Assembly: GCA_031459535.1 (NCBI GenBank)
Contig: JAVKIJ010000064.1
Location: 1 to 18,857 of the forward strand
DNA: 18,857 bases
From: Candidatus Fervidifonticultor quintus
Lineage (GTDB): Bacteria > Sysuimicrobiota > Sysuimicrobiia > Sysuimicrobiales > Humicultoraceae
Reading direction: 5' to 3'
Shown here: piece by piece, positions 1 to 7,772 of the stretch
Layout of the letters: every line of letters begins with the position of its first letter
Numbering within the stretch: position 1 is the first letter of the stretch
The notes under the pieces: generated by a model
Told to the model about the DNA's origin: nothing
What the model saw: only the letters and a program-made list of their open reading frames with translations
Database searches by the model: none
Made by a program: the position numbers and the translations under genes

Positions 1-92
1 ACTGTAGGGACGGTACTCTTTGGTCGGCATGGACAACGATTCGACTTTAGCGCACTAAAGTCCTGTCCAAGACCGATTTCTCGGACAGGCTC
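1..92 (-). mobile_element. Probable left end of an insertion sequence (IS1182/IS5-like) with the first 10 codons of its transposase (ATG at 30, runs off the window)
   Basis: Minus strand reads CTAG(96-93)|GAGCCTGTCCGAGAA...ATG CCG ACC AAA GAG TAC CGT CCC TAC AGT = MPTKEYRPYS. From memory, an (F/Y)RPY N-terminus and a CTAG target next to this kind of end resemble IS1182-family elements. Only 10 codons are visible and the other end lies outside the window. Confidence 0.4.
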
Positions 93-488
93 CTAGCCAC
101 ACGCTGCGAGGCGTCGCCCCCGCTGGAACTGATCGATGTCTGCGCGATCGCGGAGACGGCCCGGTCCTGGTACAGCCAGACGCTGTGTCGGGGCAACGAC
201 TGCGTGGTATGGCTCGGCGTGGTCGAGGGGGAAGTTTCACTGGCACAAACACGACGCAGCAGAACTCGTTCTGCTGCGTCGTGGAGGGGTCACTGGATCG
301 TCCATCTGGAGGAGCGCATGGTTGAACTGCGCCCCTGGCAGGTATTTGCGGTCCCCCGGGGCGTCGGTCATCGCACGCACGTGCCGGAGCGCAGCGTGGT
401 CTTGATGGCCGGAGGCGAGGGCGTTGTCCCGACCGGTGACTTACCGCGCGACGCATCTGACAACGCCCTGCTGTCCGGCGCCGATTGA
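93..488 (+). pseudogene. Decayed cupin-domain protein (mannose-6-phosphate isomerase-like cupin)
   Basis: Joining frames gives PPLELIDVCAIAETARSWYSQTLCRGNDCVVWLGVVEGE / FHWHKHDAAE / FCCVVEGSL / IVHLEERMVELRPWQVFAVPRGVGHRTHVPERSVVLM..VVPTGD. Cupin motif 1 (GEFHWHxH..E..VxEG) is split over three frames; motif 2 (VPRGVxHR) is intact. No convincing start codon or RBS. Confidence 0.75.
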
Positions 489-512
489 CAGCAGGAGGGA
501 CGTGGATACAAT
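485..512 (+). promoter_or_regulatory. Sigma70-type promoter for the fluoride riboswitch leader
   Basis: Perfect TTGACA (485-490), 16-nt spacer, TACAAT (507-512). The implied start site (about 518-520) falls just before the aptamer's first stem. Confidence 0.75.
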
Positions 513-520
513 CAATTCGG

Positions 521-571
521 AGGCGATGAGGCTCGTCTGAACCGCCGGACTTCCCGGCTGATAGCCTCTAC
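521..571 (+). ncRNA. Fluoride riboswitch (crcB motif) aptamer
   Basis: AGGCGATGAGGCTCGTCTGAACCGCCGGACTTCCCGGCTGATAGCCTCTAC fits the fluoride aptamer pattern GGCGATG..AAxxGC..GCTGATxxxxxCTAC. P1 is 521-526/533-538, P2 is GCCGG 544-548/CCGGC 554-558, and the pseudoknot is GAGGC 528-532/GCCTC 564-568. Confidence 0.95.
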
Positions 572-595
572 CCGATGCGGGTAGGGGCTGTTTTT
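563..595 (+). terminator. Intrinsic terminator forming the riboswitch expression platform
   Basis: AGCCTCTACCCG-ATG-CGGGTAGGGGCT (12-bp stem with one G-U) followed by GTTTTT. Its 5' arm is the 3' strand of the pseudoknot, so ligand binding should block termination (ON switch). Confidence 0.85.
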
Positions 596-600
596 CGTAC

Positions 601-982
601 ATGCGGCCCCGGCTTGACGGATCGGACGGGGCCGCTGTGCCTGGGGCGGCCGAGGGAGGCAGGGGATTGGTACCGACCTTCCCGACCACCGTCGGCGAGG
701 TGGACGAAGCCCGCCAGGAACAGCAGCAGGTCGTAGAGCGCTTCCAGAGAGAAGCCGTGGAATACGCGCGCCTACGGGGCATCGACCCGCACGTGAGGAT
801 CGTCGCCGGACACCCGGCGGAAGCGATCGTGGATTACGCCCGCACGCAGGGCATTGACCTGATCGTCATGGGGCACCGCGGGATGTCCGACCTGCAGCGC
901 TTCTTCGTCGGCAGCGTGGCCGACCGTCGTTGATCACGCGCCGTGTATGGTATTGATCGTCGGGCCGGGAGTCCGATCGTAG
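601..982 (+). pseudogene. Universal stress protein (UspA family), internally shortened and frameshifted near the 3' end
   Basis: Motifs LDGSDGA, GHPAEAIVDYA, IDLIVMGHRG and FFVGSVADR. The frame stops at TGA 931-933, but the usual tail VDHAPCMVLIV continues in another frame to TAG 980-982, consistent with a 2-nt loss near 927. The first helix/strand segment after LDGS also looks missing or scrambled. Confidence 0.8.
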
Positions 983-983
983 T

Positions 984-2189
984 ATGACGGCCATCCTCTG
1001 CCGGGTGTCCGGCGACAGCCGATCCCGGGGAGCGGCGGTGCGCTTCGTGGTCCTCCTTGGCATCGTCAGTCTCCTCGCCGACACGACCTACGAAGGCGCG
1101 CGCAGCGTGATCGGTCCGTACCTGGGTCTGCTGGGAGCGAGCGCCCCGGTGATCGGTCTCGTCGCCGGGGCAGGGGAGTTGATTGGCTATGCGCTACGGC
1201 TGGGCACGGGTTACCTGGCCGACCGCACCGGCCGCTACTGGGCGATTACTTTCGCCGGCTACCTGATCAACCTGGGCGCCGTGCCGCTGCTGGCGCTGGC
1301 CGGCTCATGGCCCTTGGCGGTCGCGCTCATGGTGCTGGAGCGGGTGGGGAAGGGGATCCGCACGCCTGCCCGCGATGCCATGCTTTCGCACGCGACGCAC
1401 CAGGTGGGACGCGGCTGGGGCTTCGGTCTGCACGAGGCCCTGGATCAGGTCGGGGCCGTCCTGGGACCGCTGGTGGTGGCGGGCGTCCTGTTCTCCCAGG
1501 CCTCTTACCGCACGGGGTTTGCCGTGCTCCTCATCCCTGCGGCCCTGGCCATCGCGTCACTGGCCGTGGCCCGGCTGCACAACCCGAGCCCGCGCGACCT
1601 CGAGCCGACGGCGACAACTCTGCAGGCGACAGCCCTGCCCCGCGCGTTCTGGATCTACCTCGCGGGGGCGGCGCTGGTCGGCGTGGGCTACGTCGACTTC
1701 TCGCTCATCGCCTTCCATTGGGGCCGGGGGGCCGTCATCCCGCCCGCAACGATTCCCCTATTGTACGCGCTGGCGATGGGGGTGGACGCTCTGGCCGCGC
1801 TGGTGTTTGGCCGGATCTTTGACCGTGCCGGCGTCCTCGTGCTGGCGGCCGGCGTGGGGATCTCACTGTTGTTCGCCCCGCTCGTCTTCCTGGGAGGAGG
1901 GGTTGGGGCACTGGTCGGCGTGACCCTGTGGGGAATCGGCATGGGGGCCCAGGAGTCGATCATGCGCGCCGCCGTCGCCGGCATGGTGGAATCGGACCGC
2001 CGCGGGTCCGCCTACGGGATCTTCCACGCGGGCTACGGCGCGTGCTGGTTCCTGGGGAGCGCGACTATGGGAGTCCTCTACACGGTCTCTGTTCCGCTGC
2101 TCGTCGGATTCTCGGTCGCCGCCCAGGCGCTGGCAATCCCACTGATCATTAGGTCGCATAGGCAGATTCGCCTCGCTTCGTGGCCATGA
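984..2189 (+). CDS. MFS transporter (intact, about 400 aa; start could be GTG at 1038)
   Basis: Many hydrophobic helices; MFS motif A in both halves (GYLADRTGR, GRIFDRAG); RRGSAYGIF in the C-terminal half. Confidence 0.92.
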   Translation: MTAILCRVSGDSRSRGAAVRFVVLLGIVSLLADTTYEGARSVIGPYLGLLGASAPVIGLVAGAGELIGYALRLGTGYLADRTGRYWAITFAGYLINLGAVPLLALAGSWPLAVALMVLERVGKGIRTPARDAMLSHATHQVGRGWGFGLHEALDQVGAVLGPLVVAGVLFSQASYRTGFAVLLIPAALAIASLAVARLHNPSPRDLEPTATTLQATALPRAFWIYLAGAALVGVGYVDFSLIAFHWGRGAVIPPATIPLLYALAMGVDALAALVFGRIFDRAGVLVLAAGVGISLLFAPLVFLGGGVGALVGVTLWGIGMGAQESIMRAAVAGMVESDRRGSAYGIFHAGYGACWFLGSATMGVLYTVSVPLLVGFSVAAQALAIPLIIRSHRQIRLASWP

Positions 2190-2393
2190 CGCGACGGGTG
2201 CAGCATGTCCACGTGGATCTCGCCTTCGCCAGAGTGGGGACGCGCTTGCGGAAGTGATGTGATGCGGTTCAGGAGGCCCGGAACTGGCCGCAGGCGGCCC
2301 CCTTCCCTGCACCCGGGCCGCCCCGGGGCAGGGGATCATCCCCCAGAGGTAAAAAGGCTCTGTCAGTACCAGGATATCCGGGAGCGCAGACGC

Positions 2394-4580
2394 ATGACCC
2401 AGGAGCAGATTCAAGCGATCGTTGCCAGCAGCCGGCCCGAGCGACTGGCAGATCCGGGCAGGCACCCGATCCCCGGCGACCATATGGCACACATGGTCCA
2501 GCTCACCTCGTGGGGCCACTGTGCCCTGGCGGCGGACCACCTCCTGTTCCCGGAGATCACAGGAGCGCTTCCGGCGGTCGTTTCGGGGGTGATCCGGCAA
2601 CTCAACCTGCAGTTTGCAGCCGCCGACCTCGTCGGCGGCGACGGGCGCGAGACGGCTGAGAGGAAGATCAGAACCCGGCAGTTCGCCTACCAGACCTTGC
2701 TGGAGATGGCCCTCAACTTTGCGGGAATGGAGAGCCGTTGGCTGGATGCCGGTGAGAAGCGCCAGGCCACAGCAGCGATCCGGGCCACGCTGGCCGAGTG
2801 GGAGGCACGGGAGACCGCCCGAGGGCCGGCCTCCGTGGCCGCCGCGGTGGTACGGCACTTCCTCGACCGCATGAAGCTGGTCCAGAAGGGCGCCAGCATG
2901 GTCGCCGGGACCGCCGCGCGAATCGAACAGGCGCTGGACTTCGGCCGGCCCGTGATGGCCCCCTTCCTGGATCGCGCCCAGGCGGAGATCGAGCAGAACA
3001 TCTACACGCGCCTGGTCCGCGGCGGGCATTGCCGGTTCGGCAATGACTACGCTCTCGGGCTGCGCTGGCTGCGCCACCTGGGATTCGAACAGGTCTCCAC
3101 CAACCCGGTGCTGGCGGCCCTGGCCTACCAGGACGACCCGGCGCTCGGCCAGACCTTTCAGACCGAGGTCCGCGCGCATCCCAAGTTCGCCCAATGGGCC
3201 CGCGCCCCGGAGAAGTCGGCGGATGAGATCGCGCTCTACGCGACGCTCCTGGCCCTGTGGGACAACCTGCACGTCTTTCGGCCCATCTTCTTCAACCTCG
3301 CGCGCGAGTCGGGCGGCGGCGTGGTCTCGTTCCAGCTCAACCCCAACATCGCCCACCTGGTTGAGGAGAGTATCCGCGACGTCTTCGCTGCTGTCGAGGC
3401 GGCTGCGGAAGACCTGCGGACCTACGACGACTATCTGCTGGCAGGATATCCCGCCTTCCGTGAGCGCGCCCGACCCAACATGGTCATCAAGGTAGCCGCC
3501 TCGTCACCCGCGGCCCGCGAGATCGCCCGGACCATCAACGGGTTCGGCATCGGCTCCAACGTCACCGTGGTGTTCGCCGCAGCCCAGGAAGTCACCATGA
3601 TCCTGGAAGAGCTGGCCGGTATGGCTCACGCGGTCCACAAGGGCATTCTGCCCACGCAGGTCTACATGACCAACATGGGCGGGCGGCTCGAGAGCCACCT
3701 GCGCGAGGTGAAGCTGGAAGAGCTGTTCCGCAGGCTCCGGGACCGGGTTGGCGAGCAGCGGGCTCTGGAGCGGTTGCACCGGCTCGCCGCAGCCAACGGG
3801 ACGCAGGAAAGAGTCGATCGGGCCAGCGGGTACGAGGCCAAGGTTATAGCTGCCACCCGGTATGCACACCAGCGCACCATCGACAGCCACGTGATCGACG
3901 CGCTCGGAGAGGTGGCGTCCGAGGAGGAGTTGAGGACCTGGGAGGACGTCATCGGCAAGTCCGGGACGCTGGTGGCCCGCCGGGTCTGGGGCATTTTCTT
4001 CTCCCCCCAGAACCGGGAGAGGTGGCTGGACTACCTCGGCCGCACGTATGGGTTGAGCCGCGACCAGGCCCAGTTCGTCTTGAGCCGGATTCACTACCTT
4101 CCGGCCTCGAAGCGCAAGCCGCAGGACACCTACTGGGCCCTGGCCAGCAGCAACATGGTCCACACCGAGTTCCCCAACCACCAGGAGAACGTGCGCCGCA
4201 CCGCTGAGACCCAGGGGTTCTCACTGGAGCCCTATCTGGAATCGGTCACCGGTCAGTTTTCGCCCGAGGTGGTCGAGTGGTTGAATCGCCTCCCGGACTT
4301 CCAGCGGGCATACGAGCTGAACCCCCAACTCAACGAGATCCTGCGCCTGGCCGGCATCGAGGGCGATTTCGGCAGCGGCGGGTTGACACCTGACCAGTGG
4401 CCCGAGTTCGGGTCCGTACAGAAGACGCTGGCCGAATTCAAGGCAGCGTACGATGCCTTTAGGGACCACATGCTGGGGCTGTTCAAAGAACTGGTCAAGC
4501 CCGCGCGCACCACCAGGACGGCCGCGCACGCCGCCCGTAGACCCGCCCGGCTCGCCGCAAGGGCTCGCAGGCGCCGGTGA
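2394..4580 (+). CDS. Long (about 728 aa) transaldolase/class I aldolase-fold protein
   Basis: Transaldolase-like motifs in order: FGND, VSTNP, VVSFQLNP, PNMVIKV (Schiff-base Lys codon 3489-3491), NVTVVF, TNMGGRL, PASKR, HTEFP. ATG 2394 has GGAG at 2381-2384; the longer 2205 start in the ORF track is unlikely. Confidence 0.8.
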   Translation: MTQEQIQAIVASSRPERLADPGRHPIPGDHMAHMVQLTSWGHCALAADHLLFPEITGALPAVVSGVIRQLNLQFAAADLVGGDGRETAERKIRTRQFAYQTLLEMALNFAGMESRWLDAGEKRQATAAIRATLAEWEARETARGPASVAAAVVRHFLDRMKLVQKGASMVAGTAARIEQALDFGRPVMAPFLDRAQAEIEQNIYTRLVRGGHCRFGNDYALGLRWLRHLGFEQVSTNPVLAALAYQDDPALGQTFQTEVRAHPKFAQWARAPEKSADEIALYATLLALWDNLHVFRPIFFNLARESGGGVVSFQLNPNIAHLVEESIRDVFAAVEAAAEDLRTYDDYLLAGYPAFRERARPNMVIKVAASSPAAREIARTINGFGIGSNVTVVFAAAQEVTMILEELAGMAHAVHKGILPTQVYMTNMGGRLESHLREVKLEELFRRLRDRVGEQRALERLHRLAAANGTQERVDRASGYEAKVIAATRYAHQRTIDSHVIDALGEVASEEELRTWEDVIGKSGTLVARRVWGIFFSPQNRERWLDYLGRTYGLSRDQAQFVLSRIHYLPASKRKPQDTYWALASSNMVHTEFPNHQENVRRTAETQGFSLEPYLESVTGQFSPEVVEWLNRLPDFQRAYELNPQLNEILRLAGIEGDFGSGGLTPDQWPEFGSVQKTLAEFKAAYDAFRDHMLGLFKELVKPARTTRTAAHAARRPARLAARARRRR

Positions 4581-4584
4581 CGCC

Positions 4585-5835
4585 GTGACGCTCCAGCCGT
4601 ACAGCATGGGAATCGGCGACCGGTTCGGCCGCCAGGGCCGCGCGCAGCTCGAGGCCTTCGTGCAGGCCAGGGCCCTGGGGATCGACCTGGTCCCGGTGTG
4701 GAACAAGTCGCACCGTGAGCACCGGATCATCGGCACGCATCCTGCGGCGGTGCGCGCCGAGGCCGACGCCGCCGCCTCGGCCCTGGGCTGGAGGCACTCC
4801 TACTACGTCGACGCCGACCACATCACGCTCGAGACCGTGAACGCATTCATCCCGGCCAGCGACTTCTTCACCATCGACGTGGCTGACTACGTGGGCCGAT
4901 CGGCCTCCCAGAGCGACGTCTCGGACTTCGTGGCGCGGCACCGCCGGCTCATCGGCGTGGTGCGTATCCCGGGGATCGAACGCGAGCTCACCATCTCTGA
5001 CGGCGAGGTGGCTGCGATCGCCCGGAAGTACCTGCGGGCCGTGCGGGAGGCGGGTGCCATCTATCGCCACGTGGAGGCTGCCAAGGGTCGCGACCAGTTC
5101 ATCACCGAGGTGTCCATTGACGAGACGGACACTCCACAGACGCCCGTCGAGTTACTGTTCATCCTCGCAGCCATGGCGGACGAAGGGATCCCGGCGCAGA
5201 CCGTCGCCCCCAAGTTCACCGGCCGGTTCAACAAGGGCGTGGACTACGCCGGCGACGTGGGCCAGTTCGAGCGAGAGTTCGCCGAGGATCTGGCCGTGAT
5301 CGCGTTCGCCGTCGGCGAGTTCGGCCTGCCCACCAATCTCAAGCTCAGCGTGCACTCTGGCAGCGACAAGTTCGCGATCTACGAACCCATCGCCCGGGCC
5401 CTGCGCCGGAGTGGCGCCGGCGTCCACCTCAAGACCGCCGGCACCACATGGCTGGAAGAGGTCGCCGGGCTGGCGGCGTCAGGGGGAGAAGGCCTGCGGC
5501 TCGTGCAGGACATCTACGAGCAGGCCCATGCGCGGATCGACGAACTCTGCGCGCCGTACGCGGCGGTGATCGACATTGACCGCGGCCGTCTGCCCGACCC
5601 TGGGGAGGTCAGGCGATGGTCGGGACAGGAGTTCGTCGCCGCCCTGCGTCACGATCCGACCTCCCCGGCGTATAACCCGCACTTCCGCCAGCTGCTCCAC
5701 GTAGCCTTCAAGGTCGCCGCCGAGATGGGCCCCGCCTACCTGCAGGCCCTCGATGCCCATGCCGGCGTCATCGGCCCCCTGGTTACGGAGAACCTGCTCG
5801 AGAGGCACATCCAGCCCCTCTTCGGGCGCCTGTAG
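4585..5835 (+). CDS. uxaE: Tagaturonate/fructuronate epimerase family protein (UxaE-like)
   Basis: Motifs SMGIGDRFG, DADH, FFTIDV, EVSIDET, APKFTGRFNKGVDY, KLSVHSGSDKF and HLKTAGTTWLEE. The GTG at 4585 lies 4 nt after the upstream stop. Confidence 0.85.
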   Translation: MTLQPYSMGIGDRFGRQGRAQLEAFVQARALGIDLVPVWNKSHREHRIIGTHPAAVRAEADAAASALGWRHSYYVDADHITLETVNAFIPASDFFTIDVADYVGRSASQSDVSDFVARHRRLIGVVRIPGIERELTISDGEVAAIARKYLRAVREAGAIYRHVEAAKGRDQFITEVSIDETDTPQTPVELLFILAAMADEGIPAQTVAPKFTGRFNKGVDYAGDVGQFEREFAEDLAVIAFAVGEFGLPTNLKLSVHSGSDKFAIYEPIARALRRSGAGVHLKTAGTTWLEEVAGLAASGGEGLRLVQDIYEQAHARIDELCAPYAAVIDIDRGRLPDPGEVRRWSGQEFVAALRHDPTSPAYNPHFRQLLHVAFKVAAEMGPAYLQALDAHAGVIGPLVTENLLERHIQPLFGRL

Positions 5836-5851
5836 CGTCCCAGGCTTCGGG

Positions 5852-6625
5852 TCAGGCGAGCCGGTATACCCCGGGCGCGATCTCGGGGAACTTCTGCCAC
5901 ACCTCCGCATCGTGGCCAGGGCACAGGCGCCCCTCATCGCCGCCGCACAGCGTCCGAATTCGCTGCATGGCCTCCAGGCACTCGCGCACGCTGCCCAGGT
6001 GGATGGCTGGGGGAATCCAGTCGCGCAGATTCCGGTACGTCGTCAGGGCGTCGTTGGCGATCACGAACGGCCCCCTGGCGGTGTCCACCACGACGATCTG
6101 CATTCCGGGGGAATGACCGCCGACCCACTCCAGACGGATGCCGGGGGCGGGCTCGCCGGTGCCGTCGATCACCCGCAGCCGCCCCGATGTGCGGACGGCC
6201 TCGAGGTCCTCGAAGAGGCAGTCGCTCGTGAACCGCTGGTGCCAGGGCTCCCGACCGCCGTAGTCCATCCAGAACTCCAGCTCCCGCTTCTGCACCCAGA
6301 ACGTGGCCCTGGGAAACGCGCCTTCCAGGTTGAAGTGATCCCAGTGCATGTGGGTGAGAATCACTGTGGTGACCGCACCCGGCTCCACACCCAGGGCGCC
6401 CAGCAGCTGCTCCCGGGTGCGCAACTGGTCCACGGGCACGCCCTTGACCTTCCCGAGCCGGTGCGTGAACCCGGTGTCCACGACCACCGGACCGTCCGGG
6501 CCCCGCAGCACCCAGAGGAAGTACGCTGATGTGGTCGTCTCGCCCACGGGGTACAGGTAGAGGCGGGTCGACCAGTCCACCAGACGACCGCCGGGGCTCA
6601 ACGCGAAGATCTCCCAGGTGCTCAT
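5852..6625 (-). CDS. Metallo-beta-lactamase-fold hydrolase, N-acyl homoserine lactonase-like family
   Basis: VVDTG, THMHWDH (HxHxDH), GHSPG, ANDA and PGHD metal ligands; GGAGGAGG RBS upstream of ATG 6625. Confidence 0.85.
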   Translation of the reverse strand: MSTWEIFALSPGGRLVDWSTRLYLYPVGETTTSAYFLWVLRGPDGPVVVDTGFTHRLGKVKGVPVDQLRTREQLLGALGVEPGAVTTVILTHMHWDHFNLEGAFPRATFWVQKRELEFWMDYGGREPWHQRFTSDCLFEDLEAVRTSGRLRVIDGTGEPAPGIRLEWVGGHSPGMQIVVVDTARGPFVIANDALTTYRNLRDWIPPAIHLGSVRECLEAMQRIRTLCGGDEGRLCPGHDAEVWQKFPEIAPGVYRLA

Positions 6626-6759
6626 CACGAGGGCCTCCTCCCTGGTGCTCACTACGTACTTCTTCGCTCCGCCAGCACCGACCCCTCGATGCACCCGCAA
6701 GCGGGTATCAGACGCCGATCGCGCGAAGGAATCCACAACCGACCGGGAGGGAACCGACG

Positions 6760-7734
6760 ATGGCCGACCAACGTCTTCTCTATCTCTCGCAGGCCGACGT
6801 GGCGTCTGCCGGCGTCACCATGCAGGAGATCATCGACGCGCTCGAGGCGGCGTTCCGCGAGCACGGCGAGGGCCGGGTGGAGATGCCGCCCAAGCCCGGC
6901 GTACACCCGCGTCCCGACGCGTTCATCCACGCCATGCCGGCCTACATCCCTGCGCTGCACGCGGTCGGCCTCAAGTGGGTGAGCGGGTATCCGGAGAACT
7001 ACCGACGCGGGCTGCCGTATATCAGTGGACTGCTGATCCTCAATGATGAAGAGACCGGCGTGCCGCTGGCGGTGATGGACGCCACGTGGATCACTGCCAT
7101 GCGCACAGGCGCGGCGACCGCGGTGGCGGCAAAGTACCTCGCCCGGCCCGACTCGCAGACCCTGGGCATCCTGGGCTGCGGCGTGCAGGGCCGCAGCAAT
7201 CTGGAGGCACTGCGGGTGCTGTTCCCGATAGAGCGCGTCATCGCCTACGACATCGTGCCCGAGCAGACCGCGCGGTTCGCCGCCGAGGTGAGGGCTCGTT
7301 GGGGGCTGGAGGTCGTGGCGGCGCGGCAGCCGCGGGAGGCGGTCTCCGGTTGCGACCTGGTGGTAACGGCCGGTCCCATCCTGCGGCGGCCCCACGCCAC
7401 CATCAAGGCCGGCTGGTTGGAGGAAGGCGCTTTCGCGTCGCTGGTGGACTTCGACTCCTACTGGGATGGGGCCGCCCTGCGAGAGGTGGACAAGTTCTGC
7501 ACCGACGACATCCCCCAGCTCGAGCACTATCGCGCTGCCGGGTATTTCCAGGACATCCCGCCCATCTACGGGACGGTAGGCGAGCTGGTGGCGGGCAAGA
7601 AGCCGGGACGCCAACACCCCAGGGAGCGCACCATGACGTGCAACCTGGGGCTGGCGCTGGACGACATGGCGACGGCACCCATCGTCTACCGCCGGGCGAT
7701 CGAACGGGGAGCGGGGACCTGGCTCCCGCTGTAG
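6760..7734 (+). CDS. Ornithine cyclodeaminase / mu-crystallin family protein
   Basis: MPPK, HAMPA, GLKWVSGYPEN, ITAMRTGAA, Rossmann GILGCGVQG and GLALDD motifs; GGGAGGG RBS before ATG 6760. Confidence 0.9.
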   Translation: MADQRLLYLSQADVASAGVTMQEIIDALEAAFREHGEGRVEMPPKPGVHPRPDAFIHAMPAYIPALHAVGLKWVSGYPENYRRGLPYISGLLILNDEETGVPLAVMDATWITAMRTGAATAVAAKYLARPDSQTLGILGCGVQGRSNLEALRVLFPIERVIAYDIVPEQTARFAAEVRARWGLEVVAARQPREAVSGCDLVVTAGPILRRPHATIKAGWLEEGAFASLVDFDSYWDGAALREVDKFCTDDIPQLEHYRAAGYFQDIPPIYGTVGELVAGKKPGRQHPRERTMTCNLGLALDDMATAPIVYRRAIERGAGTWLPL

Positions 7735-7772
7735 CAGATCGAGCGCAGCGCCCGATGCCTTCGCCGACGGCG

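Noticed and set aside
44-61. Palindrome read as a TrpR-family HisR-type operator (ACTTTA-N6-TAAAGT, recalled from memory)
   Set aside because: No histidine genes are adjacent and the site appears to lie inside a probable IS end, so the assignment cannot be supported.
2205-2393. 63-codon N-terminal extension of the transaldolase-like ORF
   Set aside because: Low-complexity Arg/Pro/Gly translation over hairpin-rich DNA; ATG 2394 has an RBS.
1863-3356. 497-aa minus-strand ORF
   Set aside because: Antisense shadow of the MFS and transaldolase-like genes with no motifs; expected in high-GC DNA.
5852-6625. Calling the MBL hydrolase a quorum-quenching enzyme or a beta-lactamase
   Set aside because: HxHxDH defines the fold only; nothing in the context indicates the substrate.
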